A DNA stretch of 64,000 bases from an uncultured Clostridia bacterium (GTDB lineage: Bacteria > Bacillota > Clostridia > Christensenellales > CAG-917): NCBI GenBank assembly GCA_944332815.1, contig CALVKQ010000001.1:49697-113696 (forward strand). Reading direction: 5' to 3'. Of this stretch, positions 28,442 to 38,644 are shown piece by piece (the first letter of the stretch is position 1; every line of letters starts with the position of its first letter). The notes under the pieces are model-generated. The model was not told the DNA's origin. It worked only from the letters and a program-made list of their open reading frames with translations, and ran no database searches. Position numbers and translations under genes: made by a program.

Positions 28442-31400
28442 TCATTTAGGAAGAGTATAACGCACATTCTCTTCCCCGACGAGGTTTGCGATGCGTTTGA
28501 GCAATTCGTCGCTCGGCTCCACCTTCTGACGGAACTCGCGCAGGCACATTTTACCCTCGGCGTTGCGCATCTGGGCGCGGACGGGCACGCTGCCCGGGAA
28601 CATGGCGAGCAGTCCCGTGACGACCTTCGTGACGGCAGGGTCGCTCACCAGCACGTACACCACGCCCGAACGAGTGGCAGCCGCCGCCTTTTTTGCGGCA
28701 TTCTCCCACACTTCCAGCCTTTCCAGCGAAAGTTTGGGTTCGCTCTCGTCGCGCAGGTCCAGCCTGCCGTAAGCCTTGACGGGAGAGTCGGATTCCAAAA
28801 GATGCCCGTAAGTTTCATAGGCGCGCGGATACATGGAAAAGGCTATGCTGCCCTCCCTGTCCTCCAATCTGCCCACGGCGAAACGCTGCTGTTTGCCCGT
28901 CATCTTGCGCTCGTGGGACTCGACGATACATCCCATGCAGACATTCCTGCCCGTGAGTTCGCGGTTCAACACGGACACTTCCTCGCCCTCCTCGTCGTAC
29001 TCTTTGAGATAGAGCATGGAAGTTTCAAAGTTGAACTCCTTGCGCGTGTCCGAATAGTCGTCCAGCGGATGGCCGCTGACATACATCCCCAACACCTCTT
29101 TTTCGCCTGCGAGCAGCTGCGTCTTTTCGTATTCGGCAAGCTCGGTGTACTTCACCGACACGTCCTCGATGAGGGTGTCGAAGAGGGAGAGCTGCCCTTC
29201 CAGCTGGTTCTTCTTGTCCGAAGCGACGGCTTCCATGATGCGCTCGTAGGACGCCATAAGGGTGGAACGGGTCTTGCCGAAACAGTCGAAAGCGCCTCCC
29301 TTTATCAGGCTCTCCATCATGCGCTTGTTGACCTGCCCTATGCACCTCTCCGCAAAATCGCGCAGGTCGGAAAACGCCCCGCCGCGCGCACGCTCGCTCA
29401 ACACGAACTCCATCGCCTGCTCGCCCACGTTTTTGATGCCCATCAGTCCGTAACGCACGTTGTCGTTCTCTATGGAGAAGAACTTTTTGGAGCGGTTGAT
29501 ATCGGGAGGGAGTATCTTGACTCCCGTGCGGCGCAGATAGTTGATGTAATGTTTCACCTCGTCCGCATTGGTTATGCGGTTGTTGATGACCGCGGTGATA
29601 AAGTGGATGGGATAATAGCATTTGAGCCACGCCGTGCGGTAAGACACCACGGAGTACGCCGCCGCATGCGACTTGTTGAACGCATAACTCGCGAATTTTA
29701 GGATCTGCTCGAACAGCTCCTCCGCTATCTCCTTGCTCACGCCGTTTGCGACGGCGCCGGGGATATGCTTTTTGGTGCTGTCGTCGGCAAGCACGCCGCC
29801 GTTGATGAATATCTCCTTCTGCTGTATCAGCACTTCGCGCTTCTTTTTCGCCATACTGCGGCGCATTATATCCGCTCCGCCGAAGGAGTAGCCGGCTATC
29901 TTCTGCGCTATCTGCATGACCTGTTCCTGATAAACGATGCACCCGTAGGTGTTTTCCAGCACCGATTTGAGCAGCGGATGCGCGTAATGCACGGAAGACG
30001 GATCGCGTTTGCCCTGGATGAAAAGGTCCAGGAACTGCATGGGACCGGGGCGGTACATGGAAATGCCCGCCATGACGTCTTCGAGATTGCTCGGTTGCAG
30101 TTGCATCATGAACTTTTTCATGCCGCCGCCTTCCAGCTGGAACACCGCCTCGCAGTCGCCGCCGGCGATGAGCGCGTACACGTTGGGGTCTTCGTAGCCC
30201 AGCTTGTCGAAGTCCACGTCCACGCCCTTGTCCTCTTTGATGTACTTTATCGCTTCGCTGATGTCGGTGAGGGTCTTGAGCCCCAGGAAATCCATTTTGA
30301 GGAGCCCCTGCGCCTCCACCATATTCTTGTCGAACTGCGTGGTGATATCGTTCCCGTTCCTGGACAGCGGCACGTGCTCCACGATGGGATCGCCGCAAAT
30401 GACGACGCCTGCCGCGTGCATGGAGGTCTGACGGGGCATCCCTTCCAGCTCTATCGCGGTGTCCACCACCTTTTTCGCGGTGGGATTGGTGCGGTAAAGA
30501 GTCGCGAACTCGTCCGAATAAAGGCTGCTGCCCGGCGTCAGGCACTGTTTGAGCAGGACTTTGCCCACGGGGATATCCTTCACCCACTTGTTGGAGTCCG
30601 CAAACGGCACGTCGTAGACGCGCGCGACGTCCTTGACCGCCGCCTTGGCGCTCATGGTGGAATACGCGATTATCTGCGCGACGTTGGGCGCGCCGTACTT
30701 CTCCACGACGTACTCTATTATCTCGGGGCGCCGCACGAAACAGAAGTCGATGTCAAAGTCGGGCATGGACACCCTCTCCTCGGAAAGGAACCTTTCGAAG
30801 AGCAGGCTGTAACGCAGAGGATCCACGTCAGTTATGCCTATGGCATAAGCCACCAGACTGCCAACGCCGCTGCCTCTGCCCGGTCCCACCGGGATGCCGC
30901 GCTCCTTCGCCGCGTTCACGAAGTCCCACACGATGAGGAAGTAGTCGTTGAAACCGCATCTGTCTATGACGCCCAGCTCGTAATTGAGCCTCTCCTCTAT
31001 TTCCGGCGTTATGACGTCGAAGCGGCGGTGTATCCTCTCCCACGCCAGATCGTGCAGATACTGTTTGGAGTCCCTGCCGTTCATGTCCGCGGTTTCGTAG
31101 TGAGGGATGAAGGTTTTATCATACTTCACGACGAAGTAGTTGCCGTCCACCTTGTCGGCTATCTCCTTGGTGCTCTGTATCGCCTCGGGGATCCAGGAAA
31201 ATAACTCCTCCATCTCCTCGCCGCTTTTGAGATAGAAGTTATCGTTCGCGAAGCGCACGCCGGCAGGGTCCGTCTTTTTGCATTGCAGATTGATGCACAT
31301 CATGGTGTCCTGCGTGTCGGCGTCCTCGCGTTTGAGATAATGTGCGTCGTTGGTCGCCACCACTTTGACTCCTATCTCCCTTGCGAGCGCGACGAGCGGC

Positions 31401-32008
31401 CGCAGTATCCTCTGCTGCTCTTCCAGCCCGTGGTCTTGGAGTTCGATGTAAAAATCTCCCTCCTCGAACATCCCTTTCAGACGCAGGGCGTACTCCTTCG
31501 CCCCGTCGTGATCGCCGCGGAGCAGCAGCTGGGGGATGCGTCCGGCAAGACACGCCGAACAGCAGATGAGCCCCTCGGAATACTTCGCGAGGGTGTCCAG
31601 GTCTATCCTGGGCTTGACGTAAAACCCGTCCACGAAGGATATGGTGGACAGCTTCATCAGGTTTTTGTAGCCCGTCAGGTCTTTTGCAAGCAAAATGAGG
31701 TGATCGCGGCGGTGCATGGTTTCGGGCGTCTTGACTCTGAGGTCGTCCGCCACGTAAAATTCGCTGCCGATGATTGGTTTGAGCTGCGCCTCCCTCATCG
31801 CGCTGACAAAGGTGTGCACGCCGTAAAGATTGCCGTGATCGGTGATGGCGCACGCGGTCATGCCCATTTCTTTGAGCGCCTGCGTGAGCGGAGATATGTG
31901 CAGTATCTTGTCCTGCTCCGAGTCGGACAGCACGTTCTGGTTGAGCCTTATCGCTCCGTCCAGCAGGCTGTACTCGCTGTGCACGTGAAGATGTACGAAA
32001 TCACTCAT
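28442..32008 (-). CDS. dnaE: DNA polymerase III alpha subunit (DnaE type)
   Basis: N-terminal PHP motif FVHLHVHSEYSLLDG and ~1190 aa of collinear DnaE features. An alternative start at 32032 overlaps the whiA stop. Confidence 0.95.
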   Translation of the reverse strand: MSDFVHLHVHSEYSLLDGAIRLNQNVLSDSEQDKILHISPLTQALKEMGMTACAITDHGNLYGVHTFVSAMREAQLKPIIGSEFYVADDLRVKTPETMHRRDHLILLAKDLTGYKNLMKLSTISFVDGFYVKPRIDLDTLAKYSEGLICCSACLAGRIPQLLLRGDHDGAKEYALRLKGMFEEGDFYIELQDHGLEEQQRILRPLVALAREIGVKVVATNDAHYLKREDADTQDTMMCINLQCKKTDPAGVRFANDNFYLKSGEEMEELFSWIPEAIQSTKEIADKVDGNYFVVKYDKTFIPHYETADMNGRDSKQYLHDLAWERIHRRFDVITPEIEERLNYELGVIDRCGFNDYFLIVWDFVNAAKERGIPVGPGRGSGVGSLVAYAIGITDVDPLRYSLLFERFLSEERVSMPDFDIDFCFVRRPEIIEYVVEKYGAPNVAQIIAYSTMSAKAAVKDVARVYDVPFADSNKWVKDIPVGKVLLKQCLTPGSSLYSDEFATLYRTNPTAKKVVDTAIELEGMPRQTSMHAAGVVICGDPIVEHVPLSRNGNDITTQFDKNMVEAQGLLKMDFLGLKTLTDISEAIKYIKEDKGVDVDFDKLGYEDPNVYALIAGGDCEAVFQLEGGGMKKFMMQLQPSNLEDVMAGISMYRPGPMQFLDLFIQGKRDPSSVHYAHPLLKSVLENTYGCIVYQEQVMQIAQKIAGYSFGGADIMRRSMAKKKREVLIQQKEIFINGGVLADDSTKKHIPGAVANGVSKEIAEELFEQILKFASYAFNKSHAAAYSVVSYRTAWLKCYYPIHFITAVINNRITNADEVKHYINYLRRTGVKILPPDINRSKKFFSIENDNVRYGLMGIKNVGEQAMEFVLSERARGGAFSDLRDFAERCIGQVNKRMMESLIKGGAFDCFGKTRSTLMASYERIMEAVASDKKNQLEGQLSLFDTLIEDVSVKYTELAEYEKTQLLAGEKEVLGMYVSGHPLDDYSDTRKEFNFETSMLYLKEYDEEGEEVSVLNRELTGRNVCMGCIVESHERKMTGKQQRFAVGRLEDREGSIAFSMYPRAYETYGHLLESDSPVKAYGRLDLRDESEPKLSLERLEVWENAAKKAAAATRSGVVYVLVSDPAVTKVVTGLLAMFPGSVPVRAQMRNAEGKMCLREFRQKVEPSDELLKRIANLVGEENVRYTLPK

Positions 32009-32028
32009 AACTTCCTCTTCGGGTGTGT

Positions 32029-32976
32029 TCATTCCTCGCCGAAACCGTTTTCGGCGGCTAGCTGCGCGAGCTTGCGCAGACGGTGGTTAAGACAGCTCTT
32101 GCTCACGCCCAATATATCGGCGAGTTCGCTCATGCTGGCGAGAGGATACTCCATGCGCGCGTTCGCCGTGTCGCGCAGTGTGGCGGAAAGGGAATCCAAC
32201 CCCACGCTTTCCTCTATCGCGCCTATCGCCATGAGCTGCCTGGACGCGGCGGCATAGGACTTGTCCAGATTCGCCGCCTCGCAGATGGTGACCCTGTTTA
32301 TGCTGTTTGCGGTTTCGCGCTCGTCTATGATGCTTTTGAGTTTGAGCACGCTCTCCGAAAGCCCCAAAAGCGCCAGCGCGGAAAGTATGCTCTCCTTGTC
32401 CTTGATGTACACCAGCCTGAGCGCGCCGCGTTCGCTCACCTTTGCCTGGACGCCGAGATCGGCAAGAAGCTGCATTATCTCCTCCGCGAACTCATCCCCG
32501 TCCACGGCAAACTCGAAATGGTAGCCCTCCCTCTTCTCCTCGTCGCCGCCGGGAGAGGGAACGTAAACGCTGCCGCACACCATAAAGAGCCCTTTTAAGT
32601 AGCTCTCCGCAGCGCTGCGGCTGTTTTTGACGAAGGAGGGAACTCCCCCCTCCGCAAGACGGAGATCCTCCACCGCCTGGGCGGTGAACCCCGTGGGCAC
32701 GGACACCGAAAAGGACGTGCCACCCTTTTTCATCCCCGATCTGATGTGCTCCGCCGACATCTCGAACTCGGACGGGTACAACATTTTGAGCAGCCCTATC
32801 ACGGCGATGCACTGCTCATACGACGCGAGGTTGAACACGAGGTTGCGCCGTCTGCCCACTATGTGCAAGAAGCCCCCCTGCTTCGCCGCGGCGGACAGGA
32901 AAGCCCTGACCCCCTGCTCGTCGGAAGGGAGCGTCGTGAGCAATTCTTTTTCGGCGTTATCTTTGAAGGATGCCAT
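32029..32976 (-). CDS. whiA: DNA-binding protein WhiA
   Basis: 315 aa with a degenerate LAGLIDADG-like middle and a C-terminal HTH (SKSCLNHRLRKL). Confidence 0.88.
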   Translation of the reverse strand: MASFKDNAEKELLTTLPSDEQGVRAFLSAAAKQGGFLHIVGRRRNLVFNLASYEQCIAVIGLLKMLYPSEFEMSAEHIRSGMKKGGTSFSVSVPTGFTAQAVEDLRLAEGGVPSFVKNSRSAAESYLKGLFMVCGSVYVPSPGGDEEKREGYHFEFAVDGDEFAEEIMQLLADLGVQAKVSERGALRLVYIKDKESILSALALLGLSESVLKLKSIIDERETANSINRVTICEAANLDKSYAAASRQLMAIGAIEESVGLDSLSATLRDTANARMEYPLASMSELADILGVSKSCLNHRLRKLAQLAAENGFGEE

Positions 32977-32986
32977 GTTTACTCCG

Positions 32987-33757
32987 TCATTTTGTGCTTA
33001 TAAACCCTTTTTTTGTGCGGAATACGGCAGTTCTTCCGATGCCGCACACTCTGTCTTCCGGGATGTTGTGCCGCCGCATGAACTCCTCCACTCTTCCGAA
33101 CGCTCCCACCTTCCCGGTGGAGTGCGCGTCCGACCCCAGGATGAAGATCGCGCCGGATGCGGACACCTCGTCTATGTGCCTTTCGAGCGCGTCGATATGT
33201 TTCTCGTTTAGCTCGATGTAAATCCCCTTTTCCGCGGCGGCGCGGCACACCGCGCCCACGTCCACCGCCGCGCGGTGTCCGAGGTGGCAAAGCACGTCCA
33301 CGGGATATCTCTCCATGACCGCGAGCCACGCGCGCGTGTTGCAGGCAACGAGTTCCTCATCCCCTCTCGCGCGCTCGCTCCCCCAGCCGTTCACCAACAA
33401 AAAGCGCGGTTCGCGGCATATATAACGCGGTTGCAAAAAGCGGTGGAACCCGACCGTAAGCACGTCGCAGGCGGCGACGATCGCGTCCGGCACGTCCAGG
33501 CTGCCGTCCTCCCCGGTGATGCTCGCCTCTATGCCGGAGTACACCTTCACTCCGCCCTCGGCGTTGACGGCAGCGATCTGCGCCTGCTGCTTTCTGAACT
33601 TCTCTTCCGTCTGTCTGAAAAACAGACTGCCGCAGCCGTGATCCGCAATGGCGATCTCTTTGAGCCCCAACTCGGCTGCGCGCACCGCTTTGTCGCGGAC
33701 GCTGCCCCTGCCGTCGCTCGCATTCGTATGCATATGATAATCGCCGATGACCTTCAT
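32987..33757 (-). CDS. PHP-domain phosphoesterase
   Basis: DYHMHTNASDG N-terminal motif with later H/D metal ligands. Start placed at MKVIGDYH. Confidence 0.75.
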   Translation of the reverse strand: MKVIGDYHMHTNASDGRGSVRDKAVRAAELGLKEIAIADHGCGSLFFRQTEEKFRKQQAQIAAVNAEGGVKVYSGIEASITGEDGSLDVPDAIVAACDVLTVGFHRFLQPRYICREPRFLLVNGWGSERARGDEELVACNTRAWLAVMERYPVDVLCHLGHRAAVDVGAVCRAAAEKGIYIELNEKHIDALERHIDEVSASGAIFILGSDAHSTGKVGAFGRVEEFMRRHNIPEDRVCGIGRTAVFRTKKGFISTK

Positions 33758-33825
33758 GCCCACCTCTTCGCAGCCCCTTTCGGGCGCGCGCAAAAACCGT
33801 GTAAACGATTATATCATATATTCTT

Positions 33826-34749
33826 TCAAAAAGGCAGGTCGTCCGCAAGAATTTTAAATTCTTTTTCCAGCGCTATCCCGAAAAGCTCCCTCACGCGCAT
33901 CCCGACAAACTCCGCAAGCCCCGTAAGATCTGCGGCGCTCCCTCCCCCCGTATTCACCACGAAATTGGCGTGCAGTCGGGATATCTCCGCCCCTCCCAAC
34001 CTCACGCCTTTCAGCCCTGCGTCCTCTATGAGCGCCCACGCAGGCAGCACCGAACGCTTGAACATACTGCCGCAGGAAGGTTTGGAGGGCTGATGCGCGC
34101 GCCTGTATGCGAGAAAACTCTCCCTGCGCGCCGCGCTCTCTTCCGCGCTCATGGGAATGAACGCGAACGTGACCGCCGTCACGAATCCTTCCGCGCCGCG
34201 GCGGTAGGCGAATCCGATGTCCTCCCCTCTTATCCGTCTGCTCTCCCCGGTGAGAGGGTCTGAAACTTCCGCCTCCTCGACGATATCCGCCGTTTCCTCT
34301 CCGAACGCGCCGGCGTTCATCCTGACCATCCCCCCTGCCGTGGCAGGCACGCCGCACATGAACTCCGCGCCGCCGCAGCCGCGATCCGCACATACGGCAA
34401 GGATGTCGGACACCCGCGCGCCGCCTTCCGCCCTTACCAGCACTCTGCCGTCCTCGCGTACGCCCACGCACCTTACCGCTCTCATCCTGCCCGTGTAGAG
34501 CACGGGACGGGACACCTCTCCGTCCGCGATGACCGTCTTGCTTCCGCCGCCCAAAACGAAGGGCGCTTCTCCGCCCGTCGCGACGCATTCCGAAAAGAAC
34601 TCCGCCGCGCGCTCGGCGTCGGTGGGCGCGAAAGCGCATTTGACCCTTCCGCCGCCCCGATAGGTGGTGAAACGCGCCGCAGGGAGGTCGTGCATGATGT
34701 CCGTCCCCGTTCGGCGCGCCGCTTTAAGACAGTTCTCCGCCGCGCTCAT
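33826..34749 (-). CDS. murB: UDP-N-acetylenolpyruvoylglucosamine reductase
   Basis: FAD-binding N-terminal half (TTYRGGG), a C-terminal MurB domain (GSMFKR, GGAEISRLHANF), 307 aa. Confidence 0.9.
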   Translation of the reverse strand: MSAAENCLKAARRTGTDIMHDLPAARFTTYRGGGRVKCAFAPTDAERAAEFFSECVATGGEAPFVLGGGSKTVIADGEVSRPVLYTGRMRAVRCVGVREDGRVLVRAEGGARVSDILAVCADRGCGGAEFMCGVPATAGGMVRMNAGAFGEETADIVEEAEVSDPLTGESRRIRGEDIGFAYRRGAEGFVTAVTFAFIPMSAEESAARRESFLAYRRAHQPSKPSCGSMFKRSVLPAWALIEDAGLKGVRLGGAEISRLHANFVVNTGGGSAADLTGLAEFVGMRVRELFGIALEKEFKILADDLPF

Positions 34750-34799
34750 ACGACATATCTATGCGCGTGCGCGGCGTTATGTACCCGGGTATCTCCCGT

Positions 34800-35756
34800 T
34801 TAATCAAAGTCGTTATCCTCGGGGCGGTTCTTCTCCATAAGGCGGTAGGAAAGCTCGTCCAAAGGGTTCCTCCCCAGCGATTTCAAGCGGAAGTTGCGGC
34901 TTGCCGCCTCTATGACCACCGCGAGATTGCGCCCTGCGGAAACGGGGACGACCACTCGCTGGAACTTCACCCCGAGGATGTCGTAGACGAGGTCCTCGTT
35001 GCCCAGCCTGTCGTAGCTCTTATTGTCGTCCCACTTCTCCATCTCTATGACGAGGTGTATGCGCTTTTGGTTGAGGACGCCGCCCACGCCGTACATCGCC
35101 TCCACGTCTATGAGCCCCACGCCGCGCACTTCCAGCAGATTGGAGATGCGCTTGGGCGGATAGCCGTATATCTTGTTTTTGATGCGCTTGACCTCCACAA
35201 GGTCGTCCGCCACCAACATATGACCGCGGTGCACCAGTTCCAGCGCGGTTTCCGACTTGCCTATGCCGCTCTCCCCGATGAGGAGCACGCCTATGCCGCT
35301 TATGTCCAGCAGTTCGCCGTGGATGACGTCGCTCGCGGCGAGCGCGGTGGTGAGGTAATGCACCACATCGCTCTCTATCGCGGCGGTGGACTCCACACTG
35401 ACGAAGAGCGCGGTGGCGTACCTCTCCGCCATGAGCCTCATGCTCTCCATGACCGCGTGCTTATGCGTGACGATGACGCAGGGGACGCCCTTGGAGAACA
35501 GCCTTTCGAACTGCACGTCCCTCTTCTCGGGCGCGAGGGAATCCAGATACGCCATCTCCGCGTTGCCCAAGATCTGTATCCTGTGTTCGGGGAAAAACTC
35601 GTCGAACCCTGCGAACAACAGCCCGGGACGGTTGGTCGCGGTGGAACTGAAAACTATATCCTCCGAGGGAGCGTAAACTATCTCCAATTCCAGGTCCGCC
35701 GCGAACTTTGCCGCGCTTATCGTGACTTCGCTTTTGCGCACGGGATTTTTGCCCAT
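34800..35756 (-). CDS. hprK: HPr kinase/phosphorylase
   Basis: Walker A GESGIGKSE and the HprK signature LVADD...EVRG.G. GGGAGGAG SD. Confidence 0.92.
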   Translation of the reverse strand: MGKNPVRKSEVTISAAKFAADLELEIVYAPSEDIVFSSTATNRPGLLFAGFDEFFPEHRIQILGNAEMAYLDSLAPEKRDVQFERLFSKGVPCVIVTHKHAVMESMRLMAERYATALFVSVESTAAIESDVVHYLTTALAASDVIHGELLDISGIGVLLIGESGIGKSETALELVHRGHMLVADDLVEVKRIKNKIYGYPPKRISNLLEVRGVGLIDVEAMYGVGGVLNQKRIHLVIEMEKWDDNKSYDRLGNEDLVYDILGVKFQRVVVPVSAGRNLAVVIEAASRNFRLKSLGRNPLDELSYRLMEKNRPEDNDFD

Positions 35757-35845
35757 AACTCCTCCCGGGGCGCGGCGCACCCCTTTGTCTTTCCTTCTTC
35801 CGTTATTTCATAAAACGACGGAATGCCGCGTTTAAGTATCGTTTT

Positions 35846-37684
35846 TTAAGTTTCATCCTGCGTTTTCGGCGCATTCAGCGCTTCGAGCAGTTCTTTTGCC
35901 GACTCGACGGTGAACCCGTGGAGCGCGGCTATATCCTCAGCGGAAGCATGCCTGACATTCTCCGCCGAACCGAATTTTTCAATGAGAGCGTCCGCCTTTT
36001 TCCTGCCTATGCCGGGCACCTTCATCAGGACGGTTTCGGACATGTGTCTGCCGCGCAAAGTGCGGTGATAGGTGATGGCAAAACGGTGCGCTTCGTCGCG
36101 CACGCGTTGAAGCATCTGCAACGCCACGCAGTCCTTGGGCAGCAACACGGAAGTCTTGGGCGCACTGCCCAAAAACACCTCCTCTTCCCTCTTGGCAAGG
36201 GAAAGTATCTCCAACCCTTCCTCGCCGCATTCGGCGAGCGCTTGCAGCGCATAGGCGAGCTGCCCTTTGCCGCCGTCTATCAGGATGAGGTCGGGGGGAG
36301 TGGCAAAGCTCTCGTCCTTGCCCTCTTTGAGGCGCATGAGCCTCCTCGTCAACGCCTCTTTCATACAGGCGAAGTCGTTGTTGCCTTCCACGGTCTTTAT
36401 GCGGAATTTGCGGTAATGCGACTTCTTGGGCTCTCCGCCCTCGAACACCACCATGCTCGCCACCTTGTCCGTCCCGGAGATGTGCGAGATGTCGTACGCC
36501 TCTATCCTGTTGGGCAGCATGGGCAGAGAAAGCAGTTCCGCCAGCTGTCTGACCGCGCCCTCCGTGCGCAGCAGTTTTCTCTCCTCCCTGCTGCCGTACT
36601 TTTCCAGCGCGTCGGAAGCGTTGGAATGGGACAGATCGAGCAGCTGTCTGCGCACCCCCTGCTTGGGGACTATCACTCTCACCGTATGCCCGGCGAGCGC
36701 GTTCACCGCCCTTTCCAGCGCGTCGGCGTCCCCTGCGGAATCGGTGACTATCTCGTCGCATACGGGAGGGCTCGATTTGTAAAACTGATAGATATAGGAA
36801 GATATGTCGTCGCACACGGCGTCGAACACCCTGTTTTCGCCGCCCACCAGCTTGCCTGCGCGCACCACCAGCATGTTCACCGCGCCGAGCACGCCGTTGC
36901 TTTCGTACGCAAAGATGTCCAGATCCAGGTCCTTCGGGAGGGCGCTGACCTGCTTGCGCACCAGATTGTCCAGCACTTTCAGTTTGTGTTTATAGTTCAG
37001 CGCCACTTCGAAGTTCTCCTCCTCCGCGAACGCCATCATCTTTTCCGTGAGCACGCGCTCCACCTCCCTGTCGTTGCCTTTCAGGAAGGAGATCACTCGC
37101 CTTATCTCCTGCTTATACTCCTCGCTGCTCACCTTCCCCGTGCAGGGCGCCAGGCATTTGCCGAGGTGGTGATTAAGGCACGGACGGGAGGGTTTTGTCA
37201 GGTCGCGGTTGCAGTCGCGCACCTTGAACGCCGTATGGATGAGGTCGGTGATGTCGCGGATATTGACGGACTGCATGTACGGTCCGAAGTACTGCGCGCC
37301 GTCGTTTTTGAGCTTGCGCACCAGCCGCACCGTGGGGAAATCCTCCTTCATGTCTATGCGCAGGAAGGGATAGGACTTGTCGTCCTTCAAGAGGATGTTG
37401 TACTTGGGAGCGTGCTTTTTTATGAGGTTGTTTTCGGTGACGAGCGCGTCCACCTCGCTCGGACATATGATATAGCGGAAATCGGCGACGTGAGCGAGCA
37501 TCGCCATCACCTTCGCCGTCTTGTTGCCGGACTGATAAAAATACTGTTTCAGACGGGCTTTCAGCCTCTTCGCCTTTCCGACGTAGATGATCTCCCCGTT
37601 GCTGTCCAGCATCATATAAACGCCGGGATCCTCCGGCACGTCTTTGAGTTTTGCCTTAAAGTCCACGACGCTATTATAACCCAC
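35846..37684 (-). CDS. uvrC: Excinuclease ABC subunit C
   Basis: N-terminal GIY-YIG (GVYMM...IIYVGKA), a UvrBC motif region, and a C-terminal endonuclease plus (HhH)2, 612 aa. Confidence 0.95.
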   Translation of the reverse strand: MGYNSVVDFKAKLKDVPEDPGVYMMLDSNGEIIYVGKAKRLKARLKQYFYQSGNKTAKVMAMLAHVADFRYIICPSEVDALVTENNLIKKHAPKYNILLKDDKSYPFLRIDMKEDFPTVRLVRKLKNDGAQYFGPYMQSVNIRDITDLIHTAFKVRDCNRDLTKPSRPCLNHHLGKCLAPCTGKVSSEEYKQEIRRVISFLKGNDREVERVLTEKMMAFAEEENFEVALNYKHKLKVLDNLVRKQVSALPKDLDLDIFAYESNGVLGAVNMLVVRAGKLVGGENRVFDAVCDDISSYIYQFYKSSPPVCDEIVTDSAGDADALERAVNALAGHTVRVIVPKQGVRRQLLDLSHSNASDALEKYGSREERKLLRTEGAVRQLAELLSLPMLPNRIEAYDISHISGTDKVASMVVFEGGEPKKSHYRKFRIKTVEGNNDFACMKEALTRRLMRLKEGKDESFATPPDLILIDGGKGQLAYALQALAECGEEGLEILSLAKREEEVFLGSAPKTSVLLPKDCVALQMLQRVRDEAHRFAITYHRTLRGRHMSETVLMKVPGIGRKKADALIEKFGSAENVRHASAEDIAALHGFTVESAKELLEALNAPKTQDET

Positions 37685-37731
37685 CTTTGCGGATTAGTAA
37701 ATAGCAAAACACCCCGTGCACGGGCGCGCGG

Positions 37732-37908
37732 CTATGTCGCGGAGTTCTCTCCCGTTCCATCGCGAGGGAGCAGCGTGGGTCCTGCGACGGTGAGCGCGAA
37801 CAGGATGGCGATCATCACCGCGGTTTCCGTGGAGGACACGCTCCCGTCCGACGCGAACACCGTCATCACGACGAGCAAAAACAAAAACCAGTTTTCGTTG
37901 AAAGCCAT
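37732..37908 (-). CDS. Possible small membrane protein (58 aa)
   Basis: GAGGTGGGG SD-like sequence before the ATG at 37908 and two hydrophobic stretches. No family recognised, so this may be spurious. Confidence 0.25.
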   Translation of the reverse strand: MAFNENWFLFLLVVMTVFASDGSVSSTETAVMIAILFALTVAGPTLLPRDGTGENSAT

Positions 37909-38044
37909 ACCCCACCTCGCAGCACAACAGGTTATGCGCGCGCCTGCCGAAGTGTGCGCGGCGTTCAGGAGGCATTGACGATATTCGTCCGAAAAAGACA
38001 AATGCCGCTCTTTTTCCTCGCGGCATAGGAATTATCATGCAGAC

Positions 38045-38377
38045 ATGGAATCCCTGCTGGACGAACGCACGACGGAACTCATCCGCGATTATGTTCCGCG
38101 CAACGCCACTCTGCATCTGCTCTCCGAGTTTTTCGGAGCGTGTGCGGACGCGACGCGCGCAAAGATAATCTGCGCCCTCTCCATCTCCGAGATGTGCGTG
38201 GGGGATATCGCGCGCGTGTTAGGGTTGAATCAGACCACCTGCTCCCACCAACTGCGGCTGCTCCGCGCGGCGGATATCGTGACCCAGCGCAGAGAAGGCA
38301 AGATCGTTTACTATTCCCTGAAAAACCGCAAGATCGAGGACGTCATGTACGCCGGCGTAAAATTCCTGGGGCTGTGA
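38045..38377 (+). CDS. ArsR/SmtB family metalloregulator
   Basis: Typical wHTH with ...TRAKIICAL...EMCVGDIA...L.QTTCSHQLRLLR... and YYSL, 110 aa. Confidence 0.85.
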   Translation: MESLLDERTTELIRDYVPRNATLHLLSEFFGACADATRAKIICALSISEMCVGDIARVLGLNQTTCSHQLRLLRAADIVTQRREGKIVYYSLKNRKIEDVMYAGVKFLGL

Positions 38378-38493
38378 CCCCGTACACTCCGCGCACATGT
38401 TCGGAGCGCGGTTGAGGTGTGCAAACAACACTTAAAATTTTAAGAGGCCTGTCCCCCATTAAACCTTACTCCCCCACGCACACTAGTTTAGAG

Positions 38494-38638
38494 TTTTGAA
38501 CAGTTGGGGACGGGCTTATTTTGTTCAATTTTTGAACACTTGGGGACGTGTTTGATTTGTTCAATTTTTGAACACTTGGGGACGTGTTTGATTTGTTCAA
38601 TTTTTGAACAAAATAAGCCCGTCCCCAACTGTTCAAAA
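38494..38638. repeat. Perfect 28-bp inverted repeat enclosing tandem 37-bp repeats
   Basis: 38494-38521 is the exact reverse complement of 38611-38638. Between the arms, TTGTTCAATTTTTGAACACTTGGGGACGTGTTTGA occurs twice in tandem, followed by a third TTGTTCAATTTTTGAACA. Confidence 0.9.
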
Positions 38639-38644
38639 TGAGTA

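Noticed and set aside
38521-38610. Possible CRISPR array suggested by the 37-bp tandem repeats.
   Set aside because: The repeats are directly adjacent with no unique spacers, there are only two to three units, and no cas genes are in the window.
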